Of a DNA stretch of 64,000 nt, positions 55,542 through 64,000 are shown piece by piece. The DNA lies in contig CAVRYN010000012.1 in NCBI GenBank assembly GCA_963725505.1, positions 18,164 through 82,163 on the forward strand, in the 5' to 3' direction. This DNA is from an uncultured Verrucomicrobiae bacterium. Lineage in GTDB: Bacteria > Verrucomicrobiota > Verrucomicrobiia > Chthoniobacterales > UBA10450. The notes under the pieces are model-generated. The model worked only from the letters and a program-made list of their open reading frames with translations, did no database searches and was not told the origin of the DNA. Position numbers and translations under genes: made by a program. Numbering within the stretch: the first letter of the stretch is position 1; every line of letters begins with the position of its first letter.

Positions 55542-57581
55542 ATGAATCCGAAGAATTTCTTCGGGGAACTGAAGCGTCGCAACGTTTACAAAGCTGCGGT
55601 CGCTTACATCGTCGCAGGCTGGGCGCTCGCCCAGGGAATCGCGCAAGTCTTTCCGGTGTTCGACGTTCCGAACTGGGTCGTTCGACTGATCGTTGTCTTA
55701 GTTATCATCGGTTTTCCGATCACGCTCATTTTGGCATGGGCGTTCGAGATCACTCCCGAAGGAATCAAAAGCACCGAAGAAGCCGACGCGATGCCGCCAT
55801 CGTCGCGGCCAAGCAATCGCACCTGGATTTACATCGTTGTCGTCGGCGCCGCAGTGTCGCTATCGTTGTTTTTCCTCGGTCGCTACACGGCGGGAAATAG
55901 AACAGCGTCGTCGGGCGATAGGAAATCGATCGCCGTGCTGCCGTTCGCTAGCTCTGAGCGAAAACAAGAGCGACGCCTACTTCGCCGATGGCGTCCAGGA
56001 TCAGATCCTGACCAATCTCGCCAAGGTCTCCGATTTAAAGGTGATCAGCCATACCAGCGTGCGCCAATACAAGACCGGCGCCGAACGCAACATGCGCGAA
56101 ATTGGCCAGCAGCTCGGCGTCGCTTACATCATGGAAGGTTCGGTTCGACGGGACCGAGACCGTCTTCGCATCAACGCGCAGTTAATCGACGCCCGGACTG
56201 ACGCTCATATATGGGCCGAAACTTACGATCGCACCGCGGCTGATTTGTTTGCAATCCAGAGTGAGCTGGCTCAATCGATTGTCACCCAACTGAAGGCGAC
56301 ACTTTCGCCGCAACAGAAGGCGGAAATCGAAGAGCGCCCGACTCAAGACCTGGATGCTTTCGAGCTTTACCTTCAGGCCAAGCCATCCATCGACAGCTAT
56401 CTTAATGCGACCGACGTGCGGGCGGCGTTGCTTCAGGCGCTGAAGTCGCTCGAGGAAGCGACCCAGCGCGACCCGAACTTCGTTTCCGCTTATTGTTATG
56501 CGGCGCGCGCGAACGATCTTCTTTTCTTTTTCGATCTCGATCCAAGCCAGGAGCGCGTTTCTCTCGCCGACGCTGCAGTCAAGGCAGCGCTGCAGCTGCT
56601 CCCCAATTCAGCGGAAGCGCATTTCGCCCAAGGGCGATTACTACTTCCGGTGCCTCCGCGACTACGATCGCGCCCAGGAAGAGCTGGCGATCGCGCGGTC
56701 CGGGCTGCCGAACAGCACACCGTTCTTTATTCTCTCCGGTTACATCAATCGTCGCCGCAACCATTTTGCCGACGCCGAACGCGATTTCTCCACCGCGTTC
56801 GCACTCGATCCGCGAAATCCGAATGCTTACAATCTTCTGGCTGACACCTATGTGCTGCGAACGCCGGTTTTCTGAAGCGGTCCACGTCTATGACAACGTG
56901 CTTGCTGCCGGCGAGGACGTCCCAATTGTCCGCTTCCGGCGCGCCTCATGCGCGTTTTCTGGGACCGGCGACTCTGGACCGCTCCGTGATATTCTGGCAA
57001 AATTTCCAGAAATGGAATTTGCCGGCTCCCAAACGCCGGCCCGCGTCTTGATGGCAATGCTCGACGGCAACTACGCCGAAGCGGACCGCGCCCTGGCCGA
57101 CTCGCCTCGACAAGACTTTCAAGACACCGACCTTAGCTTTTATTTCCCGAAGAGTTGGTACCAGGCAATGATCGCGCGCGCGAAAGGCGATTCAGCGCGT
57201 GCGACCGCGGCTTTTCGTGAGTGTCGCGGGATTCTGGCCCAGCGATTAATCGTCAAACCGGAACACGCGCGGACGATTGCTGTCCTCGCGCAGGTCGATG
57301 CGGGATTGGGCGAGAAGGATTTGGCCATCCGCGAAGCGCAACACGCGATCGATCTGATGCCAATTTCGAAAGACATTTACGATGGCGCATTGGTTCTGGA
57401 AGGGCTTGCCCAGGTTTACACCTGGAGCGGCGAGCGCGATCGCGCGATTGAGTTGGTACAGAAACTCGTGACCATGCCCAGCTACATCAACTACGCCCGC
57501 CTGAAATTACACCCGCTCTGGAGTCCGCTCCGCGGCGATCCCCGCTTCGAAAAGATCGTCGCTTCCCTTGCACCGAAATAG
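55542..57581 (+). pseudogene. Membrane-anchored TPR protein (FFGELKRRNVYK N-terminal family), 3 frameshifts
   Basis: MNPKNFFGELKRRNVYKAAVAYIVAGWALAQ, then KSIAVLPFA.LSENKSDAYFADGVQDQIL (TolB-N-like), then TPR repeats. Pieces in ORFs 55506-56201, 55837-56844, 56498-56875, 56493-57581. Shifts near 55947, 56632, 56855. Confidence 0.7.
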
Positions 57582-57628
57582 TCGAGTCAACGGCGTGTTC
57601 CCAACGTGTCCATCAATAGCCACCGGGC

Positions 57629-58969
57629 TTATTCTTCGTCCCAGGAAAGGCCCTCCGTGAAGATTTGCACCTGGCTACCTCCGTTCTCCGGCTTCACAAA
57701 GATCGTGAGCGAAGCGTCTCCCCGTTTCCGCTTCAGTATTGAAGAGGCCGGCGTGACCAGATCGCTGCCGTCGTTGGTCCAGCCTTGAACCTTGAGATTC
57801 GCGGCTAATTCAGCGCAGACGCTTTTCACGTTGGCCTTGCTCTTGAAGAGAATGTGTTCAACAAGCTCCTTATATTCGACGTCGGACGCGTCTTTCGTGA
57901 GGGCCAGGTCCTTGGCGTTGAGTTTGTCCTGCGCTGGTTCGAGCGCAGCTTTTTCACTGAGCTCAGTCGTCGGCTTGTCCGCTGCGTCCTTTTCGGGCTT
58001 TTCCGAATCGGCGACCTGAAACTCTTTTGGGATCTCTCCAAGCGGCGCGACAAACTTGAGATTGACCTCCCAGGTCTCGCCGAACACTTCGGCCTGACCA
58101 TCGGTAGTCAGTTCTCCCTGCACTTTGCCGTCCGCAAACTCGAAATTGTTTGTCTTGATCTGGCCGATCGAGCTGAAGCCCTGCTTCTTATGCGCGGTGT
58201 GAACCACCTCGCAGCCAAAGATGTCGCCGTCTTCGTGGAGCGAGATGATCAGCGCGCTGCCGAATTTACCAAACACGGCATTAAAGTCGGGCTTCTTATC
58301 TTTGGAATGATCCTTCTCAGTGAACACCAGCACCATGGACGGCTTATCGCCAAAGGGCTCGCGCCAATGTGCCGACACATAAGCCAGCTTCGCCTCCTTG
58401 CCGTTCCCTTTGAAGACGCCCGTCACCGAAGGCTTCACGTTGGCTGCCGGGCCCGGCTTTTTGGCGACTGTGGCCGGCATCGATTCCCCGGCGCGGAGCA
58501 GCGCCACATCGAAACGGACGTCAAAGCCGTCGGAAAACATCTCCTCCGTCTCATTCGGCTGGCTGGCTTTGCCACTTACCCGGCCATCCTGCAGCTTTAG
58601 TTCCCCGGTCGCATTACCGCGACGCCTGCCCAACGACGTGTTGCCGGCGCTGGCGCTCCACAGCTTGAGCGCCCCTGCCTTTGTGAACTCCAGCTTGATA
58701 TAGGGCCGTTTAAAATCGGGGTACCCACCATCTTTTTCTTTTTCGATCGCCTCCTTGAGCCTTTCGCTGGAAATCGCCTGACCGCTCAGAACCACCGCGA
58801 TCAGTTCCTCATCATCGCTCGTGGTCTCATAGGCGAGCGCGTGCGTCAGAGGATAGTTCTTACCGTTAACCATCAATGTCCCCTCGGCGGCGTTTGCTGG
58901 CTTGGCCCCTTCTTGCGCAAAGAGCGTCGCCGCGCCGCCGATGACCGCCAGTGCCGCCAGTAAACTCAT
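57629..58969 (-). CDS. Secreted hypothetical protein (446 aa)
   Basis: Start at MSLLAALAVIGGAATLFAQ (signal). Two similar ~150-aa segments, an acidic linker and a C-terminal ~90-aa domain. The ORF-track N-terminal extension runs through an intergenic repeat. Confidence 0.5.
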   Translation of the reverse strand: MSLLAALAVIGGAATLFAQEGAKPANAAEGTLMVNGKNYPLTHALAYETTSDDEELIAVVLSGQAISSERLKEAIEKEKDGGYPDFKRPYIKLEFTKAGALKLWSASAGNTSLGRRRGNATGELKLQDGRVSGKASQPNETEEMFSDGFDVRFDVALLRAGESMPATVAKKPGPAANVKPSVTGVFKGNGKEAKLAYVSAHWREPFGDKPSMVLVFTEKDHSKDKKPDFNAVFGKFGSALIISLHEDGDIFGCEVVHTAHKKQGFSSIGQIKTNNFEFADGKVQGELTTDGQAEVFGETWEVNLKFVAPLGEIPKEFQVADSEKPEKDAADKPTTELSEKAALEPAQDKLNAKDLALTKDASDVEYKELVEHILFKSKANVKSVCAELAANLKVQGWTNDGSDLVTPASSILKRKRGDASLTIFVKPENGGSQVQIFTEGLSWDEE

Positions 58970-59005
58970 GAATTTCTTAGTAGCCGTCTCATAAATCCCC
59001 GCGCG

Positions 59006-59081
59006 CTGTAGCCACGGCGCTGTGCGCCGTCCGGAACGGCGGCCTCCGAAGATGCAGACGCCCCACAGGGGCGTGGCTACA
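59006..59081. repeat. Pair of inverted CTGTAGCC-hairpin units
   Basis: + strand: CTGTAGCC ACGGCGC TGT GCGCCGT (59006-59030). - strand: TGTAGCC ACGCCCC TGT GGGGCGT (59058-59081). Confidence 0.55.
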
Positions 59082-59405
59082 ACAGTTGTGCGATGGCTTG
59101 TAGTCATAATAAATGCTTCTAGTGCGGCGGATGGATTCATCAAAGCCGCTGCCGATGGCAGATATTTCAGCAGCACAACAATGAACTGCCAAGAACGAAA
59201 TCGATGGACCGTTTCAAAAAATCTTGGCCGTCCGGAGCCAAAGACAATCCATTAACAACTTCTAATGCCTGCTCGCAAAGTGGTTCGGAATTGAGATCTG
59301 ACCCACGGCTCTCCCCCAAGGTCTCTCCCTCTCGATACCGTATGTGGCAGAAATTTGATGATCGTTGTCATCGCTGCCAATCGAGTTTCCGCAAAAGTTA
59401 CGATC

Positions 59406-60058
59406 ATGAAAGAATTAACAAACAACACCAGCAAATCAGAAAACGAACACGAGGAATCTACTTATGCACTTCTGATACGTTCGGAAGAGAAAAGACGCAA
59501 TCTGATCGAGATGACACTCTACTCGTTCTTGATTCTCGGGGCGGTCATCGCGATCTGGCAATTCACGCAACAACCAGTCGACATTCCGACAGCTGGATTG
59601 AAAGGAGCAGCCTGCGTTGTCACGAGCACCGACGAGCTTATCAATTGGGCGCGCACGGGCTCGTTGATGTGGATGACGTTCGGTCTTGCCTGCTGCGCCG
59701 TCGAGATGATGCAAGCCTCGATGCCGCGTTATGATGTGGAGCGCTTCGGCTTCGCGCCGCGCGGCAGCCCGCGCCAATCCGACGTGATGATCGTCGCTGG
59801 TACGCTTTGCAACAAAATGGCGCCTGCTCTTCGTAAGGTTTACGACCAGATGCCGGAACCGCGCTATGTCATCTCCATGGGCAGCTGCGCGAATGGTGGC
59901 GGAATTACCACTATTCCTATTCTGTCGTCAGGGGATGCGATCGCGTCGTCCCGGTGGACGTTTATGTCCCCGGCTGCCCGCCGAGCGCCGAAGCCCTTGT
60001 TTACGGCATCATGCTTCTTCAGAAAAAAATCCGCCGCACGGGCACGATCGAACGCTAA
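59406..60058 (+). pseudogene. nuoB: NADH-quinone oxidoreductase subunit B, chimeric N-terminus and one frameshift near 59905
   Basis: From ~59600: [50 protein letters not shown]. After a 1-nt deletion: [39 protein letters not shown], with stop at 60056-60058. The first ~65 codons are unrelated and AT-rich. Confidence 0.85.
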
Positions 60059-60074
60059 CAGCCGGAGCTAAGCA

Positions 60075-60793
60075 ATGACGGAAACGGGGAAGCTTGAAGC
60101 CCTGGCCGAGGCTGTGAAGACTGCCTTTCCCGATGCGGTGCTGGGCACGCGCCTCGCCATCGGGGAGCTGACGCTCACGGTGGAGCGCGCCCAAATCGCC
60201 GAGGTTGCGCAGTTTTTGCGCGACGATCCCGCTTGGCGGTTCAAGATCCTGATCGACATTTGCGGCGCGGACTATCCCGAGCGCGCGCGAGCGGTTTGAG
60301 GTGGTTTATCACTTCTTGAGCGTCTACGAGAATTTGCGGGTGCGCCTCAAGCTGTCGACAGACGCCATCTCGACCGTTCCAGCATTGTAAGCGTGTTCCC
60401 GGCGGCAAACTGGTACGAGCGCGAGGCTTACGATCTTTACGGCATCCTTTTCGAAGGCCATCCGGATCTTCGCCGACTCCTCACGGACTACGGTTTCCGA
60501 GGCCACCCGCTGCGCAAGGACTTCCCGCTCACCGGCTTCGTCGAGGTTCGCTATGACGAGGAGCAGAAGCGCGTGGTCTACGAACCGTGAAACTGCCGCA
60601 GGAGTTCCGCAGCTTCGATTTCCTGAGCCCATGGGAAGGCGCCCACTACGCGCCGCTGCCGGGCGACGAGAAAGCGGCAACGAAAGATAAGAGGCGAACG
60701 GCAGACGGGGCCGCAGCTTTGACCGGGAGTTTCGAGATGCGAGAGTTATTTACAATTGCAGTTACACCCTGTTATGGCGCGAAAGTTGTATAG
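60075..60793 (+). pseudogene. nuoC: NADH-quinone oxidoreductase subunit C, 3 frameshifts
   Basis: ORF 60075-60299, then [20 protein letters not shown] (frame 1), then ORF 60393-60590 ([34 protein letters not shown]), then ORF 60587-60793 ([17 protein letters not shown]). Shifts near 60288, 60388, 60588. Confidence 0.8.
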
Positions 60794-61461
60794 AATCGCT
60801 CTTGGAGGTTGTACGTCTGCACTGGAAGGCGCTTTGCGCATAAGTGCGGGCTCGACAGATTTGGAAGGCTGGAGAAGTGTCGCATCGAAGGACGTCAAAG
60901 AATGCTGGCGTGACCGTGCGCAACTTGCGGCGGCATTCTTAAGACCTGGAGATATCGTCTGCGATCTCGGAGCCGGCGCCCAGCCCCTCAGGAGCTTCCT
61001 TCCTGAAGGAGCATTATATATTGCTGTCGACTGCGTCGACACGCTTCCCGGAACCCACCTTGCGGATTTCAATGCGCCGGATTTCACCCTCCCCCACTGG
61101 ATTTCAACGTGCTCACCGCGCGGCGTAGAATTGGCTGAAGGACGAGGAAGCTTTTGTCGCGCGTCTCTCCCAGCTTGCCGAGGGCAAGTTCTTCATTTTT
61201 ACTTACGATCTTTGGGCCGCGCAGCGGGAGCTTGGTTCGCTCGAAGGGTGCATGGCGGTTTTCTCCCGATATGTAAGAAATCTCGCGCCGGCCATCGTCT
61301 TGCGGAGACGCGTCTTTTTCACAGGGAAATTAGGGCGCGGCGAAACAAATGGCGCTTTCAGGACGCCCGCAACGAACATATATTTGAAATATCTGCGGCC
61401 TCAGGAATACTTGGTGCTAAAGCTTCTGAAGCTGAAAATGATGCCACGATGGCTTGCCTGA
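60774..61461 (+). pseudogene. Small class I SAM-methyltransferase-like gene between nuoC and nuoD, about 2 frameshifts
   Basis: IVCDLGAGAQPLRSFL (motif I), YIAVDCV, then PLDFNVLTA.., then AEDEEAFVARLSQLAEGKFFIFTY..MAVFSRYVRNL across three frames (ORFs 60756-61553 and 61252-61461). Shifts near 61095 and 61125. Confidence 0.5.
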
Positions 61462-61495
61462 CAAAGGCGGCCTTTCCCGGAAAGAGAGCGATACG

Positions 61496-62740
61496 ATGGC
61501 TGATGGGGGTGGAACACCTGAAGCGGGAGGCGCGGGCTCGGACCTTTGCGTGAGGCCGCCCGACAACCGCAATTTCACCATCAATTTCGGCCCTCAGCAT
61601 CCGGCCGCGCACGGCGTGCTGCGCATGATTACGGAGCTCGACGGCGAGGTGGTGCGAAGGATCGATCCGCATGTCGGCCTTTTGCATCGCGGCACTGAAA
61701 AGCTCATCGAGTACAAGACCTATCTTCAGGCAATCCCTTATTTCGACCGGCTCGATTATGTCGCGCCGATGAATCAGGAGCACGCGTTCTGTCTGGCGAT
61801 CGAGCGTCTCCTCGGAATCACAGCGCCGATCCGCGGCCAGCTCATCCGCGTGCTCTTTAGCGAAATCGGGCGCATTCTGAGCCATATCCTCAACGTAACG
61901 ACGTTCGCGCTCGACGTCGGCGCGCTGACGCCTCCGCTTTGGGGGTTCGAGGAACGCGAAAAACTCATGGTGTTCTATGAGCGCGCGAGCGGGTCGCGTC
62001 TGCACGCGAACTATTTCCGGCCGGGCGGCGTGCATCAGGATCTGCCGCAGGCTCTGATTGACGACATTGCTGCGTGGTGTGATCCGTTCCTGAAGGTTCT
62101 TGCCGACATCGACGAGCTTCTTACCGACAACCGCATCTTCAAGCAGAGAAACGTCAATATCGGCGTTGTCAGCCTGGAAGACGCGATGGCCCACGGCTTC
62201 ACGGGCGTGATGATGCGTGGCTCCGGCGCTCCCTGGGATTTGCGCAAGGCCCAGCCTTACGAATGCTACGCGGATCTGGAATTCGACATTCCGATCGGCA
62301 AGAATGGCGACAACTGGGACCGCTACCTCATCCGCATGGAGGAGATGCGTCAGGCGGTCCGCATCATGAAACAGTGTCTTGAGCGGCTGAATTCACCGGC
62401 CGGGCGCGGCCCGGTCCTCCTGCCGAACCACAAGGTCACGCCTCCGCGACGCGCCGAAATGAAGAAGACGATGGAAGGCGTGATCCATCACTTCAAGCTC
62501 TACACCGAGGGCTTCCGCGTGCCGGAAGGCGAGGTTTACGCGGCCATCGAAGCGCCGAAGGGCGAGTTTGGCGTTTATCTCGTGGCCGATGGCACAAACA
62601 AGCCTTACCGCTGCAAGATCCGCGCGCCCGGCTTTCCGCATCTCGCGGCCATGGACTTCCTCTGCAAAGGCCACATGCTCGCCGACGTGGCCGCTGTGCT
62701 CGGCAGCCTCGATATCGTCTTCGGCGAGATCGACCGTTAG
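61496..62740 (+). CDS. nuoD: NADH-quinone oxidoreductase subunit D
   Basis: [46 protein letters not shown] and [13 protein letters not shown]. Intact. Start is ATG 61496 or the upstream 61454. Confidence 0.9.
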   Translation: MADGGGTPEAGGAGSDLCVRPPDNRNFTINFGPQHPAAHGVLRMITELDGEVVRRIDPHVGLLHRGTEKLIEYKTYLQAIPYFDRLDYVAPMNQEHAFCLAIERLLGITAPIRGQLIRVLFSEIGRILSHILNVTTFALDVGALTPPLWGFEEREKLMVFYERASGSRLHANYFRPGGVHQDLPQALIDDIAAWCDPFLKVLADIDELLTDNRIFKQRNVNIGVVSLEDAMAHGFTGVMMRGSGAPWDLRKAQPYECYADLEFDIPIGKNGDNWDRYLIRMEEMRQAVRIMKQCLERLNSPAGRGPVLLPNHKVTPPRRAEMKKTMEGVIHHFKLYTEGFRVPEGEVYAAIEAPKGEFGVYLVADGTNKPYRCKIRAPGFPHLAAMDFLCKGHMLADVAAVLGSLDIVFGEIDR

Positions 62741-62788
62741 GCGGAACATCGCCTGCAGGCTCCGGTTCATCACTTCGATGAACTGGAG

Positions 62789-63196
62789 ATGCAAGTGGCC
62801 AAAACGTCAAAGAAAACCGAGCCTGCGCTTTGGGAAAAAGTGAAAGAGGGTGTGACCGCGGGCGACAAGGGCGGCCGTCCCGGGCAGTGGTCGGCCCGCA
62901 AGGCCCAAATGGCCGTGCAGGAATACAAAGAGGGCGGTGGTTATATCGGCCCTAAGAGCGAAGACAACTCGCTCGTGAAGTGGACCGACGAAGACTGGGA
63001 CACGAAATCGGGCAAGAAGAGCACGGAGACCGGCGAGCGCTATCTCCCCAGCGATGCACGCAAAGCGCTTTCCCCCGCCGAGTATTCCAAGACGACAGCC
63101 AAGAAGCGGCGCGACACGGCGAAGGGGCGGCAGTTCTCGCGCCAGCACAGAAAGAGGGCGATTGCAGAACATGCGGCCTATCGATGGACGGCCTGA
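62789..63196 (+). CDS. Small basic protein (GQWSARKAQ..KWTDEDW family; I believe DUF5872, unverified)
   Basis: 135 aa. EPALWEKVKEGVTAGDKGGRPGQWSARKAQMAVQEYKEGGGY..LVKWTDEDW. Confidence 0.5.
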   Translation: MQVAKTSKKTEPALWEKVKEGVTAGDKGGRPGQWSARKAQMAVQEYKEGGGYIGPKSEDNSLVKWTDEDWDTKSGKKSTETGERYLPSDARKALSPAEYSKTTAKKRRDTAKGRQFSRQHRKRAIAEHAAYRWTA

Positions 63197-63790
63197 CTAA
63201 GGAAGCAGCTGATCCGGAAAGCGAGGCCGTGGCATCAATGGAAGACGCTAGGCCAATACAAGATGAGCTTTCACGAGCTATCGCGTCCTGCTGAGAGTCG
63301 GTGCATGCAAGCAGCACGGGAAAAGGCCTGATGAAGAGGACTGCGAGCTGCGACGTTCGGCTGGCTTTATCATGTCCGACGACGTCAGCGAGTTGGCGAT
63401 CGGCTCAAACTGAGGAAACCAATCGGTTGGCTGGCATTATGGGGGCGAGCACAAGTCCATCGAGCCATTGAACCGTGGCGCGTCATGATAGACTCAGCGA
63501 AGCACGACAGCGGCCTCTCGAAGACACCGTGCCGACATGAAGTCGTCGCTATATCAAGCGGCACCTTGCGCAGCGCCCGCACCACGATGTTGAACATACC
63601 GCTGGCGCTACTCGCTCATGAACTGGGACGCACTCGTTGAAGGAGATACTCGCCGCCCGGCTCGCTGCAGGTTCGATCGACTCGGCCAAGTCGAAGTTGG
63701 TCGGATACCGCAAAACCTTAGGAAGGCGTCTCATCTACGCTATACCCCGGATAAGGCTGCGCTGTTCCTTGAGAGGAGGAATGACCGTCC

Positions 63791-64000
63791 TTATTGGTTG
63801 CGGCGCGCAAACGAAATCGGATAGGCGGCGTTCCGGATGTCGATCATCGGATCGTCGGACTGCTCGATCCCGTCCGGGAGCTGGCCGGGGAGGAACAGCA
63901 ACTTATTCTGGGCCTCGAAAGGATCGGCAGCCACCTTGGCGATGGTCAAGACGCCGATGTCCACCTCTTTGCGGTCATCCGGCCAGGGCTTCGACCCATC
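63791..64000 (-). CDS. C-terminal end of a catalase-related peroxidase (partial, runs off the window)
   Basis: Minus strand reads DGSKPWPDDRKEVDIGVLTIAKVAADPFEAQNKLLFLPGQLPDGIEQSDDPMIDIRNAAYPISFARRNQ*, with stop at 63791-63793. Resembles the SrpA-type catalase-related family. Confidence 0.6.
   Translation of the reverse strand, partial: DGSKPWPDDRKEVDIGVLTIAKVAADPFEAQNKLLFLPGQLPDGIEQSDDPMIDIRNAAYPISFARRNQ

Noticed and set aside
57854-58600. 248-aa ORF on the plus strand
   Set aside because: Antisense to the 446-aa secreted-protein gene, which has a clean signal peptide and a start context. The plus-strand product is low-complexity (R/L/F-rich).
58970-59176. N-terminal extension of the secreted-protein ORF (..VATPLWGVC..RRTAPWLQ..)
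   Set aside because: The extension is the translation of the paired CTGTAGCC hairpin repeat. The signal peptide begins at the internal ATG 58969.
61358-62194. 278-aa ORF on the minus strand
   Set aside because: It lies entirely antisense to nuoD, whose plus-strand product carries unmistakable complex I motifs. The antisense product is Arg/Ala-rich with no motifs, as expected for GC-rich antisense frames.

Overview
64-kb chromosomal window from a moderately GC-rich, probably soil bacterium. Gene content points to a Verrucomicrobiota-like (PVC) or Acidobacteriota-like genome: caa3 oxidase with fused subunits I+III, Bacillus-type CtaG, a Rieske/cytochrome b-c fusion, DUF1573, FloA, a TIGR03663-type GT-C transferase and REP-like intergenic hairpins. 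This assignment is inference, not proof.

Layout:
- 0.3-2.6 kb: a shattered NDH-2 gene and a YWTD beta-propeller gene.
- 2.7-9.7 kb: a cai-like acyl-CoA catabolic cluster with a dodecin.
- 11.2-19.1 kb: a compact aerobic respiratory cluster (coxB-c, coxA/C fusion, ctaG, Rieske, cyt b-c, NDH-2).
- 19.1-23.0 kb: an MdtNOP/Aae-like efflux operon.
- 23-26.3 kb: a lipase-like lipoprotein, a prokaryotic pentameric ligand-gated ion channel and HdeD.
- 26.6-35.5 kb: a minus-strand block (Tat-hemerythrin, GNAT, inactive-protease-TonB_C fusion, MauE/rhodanese/DUF1573, rfbBD).
- 35.5-39.3 kb: two large GT-C-like membrane proteins.
- 40.2-51 kb: a mosaic segment between two tRNA-Leu genes (FloA, GYF, STAS, cNMP-HPP fusion, MBOAT+SGNH pair, relic small ORFs).
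- 51-59 kb: amtB, Zn-ADH, thioredoxin-domain and TPR proteins.
- From about 59.6 kb: a GC-richer, alphaproteobacterial-looking nuoB-nuoC-[methyltransferase]-nuoD fragment.

No rRNA, CRISPR array, transposase or integrase was recognised. About 15 genes carry frame disruptions, and one has an in-frame TAG. These are strongly clustered in particular genes. I cannot tell real pseudogenisation from assembly indels using the sequence alone. Several families of structured intergenic repeats are present.
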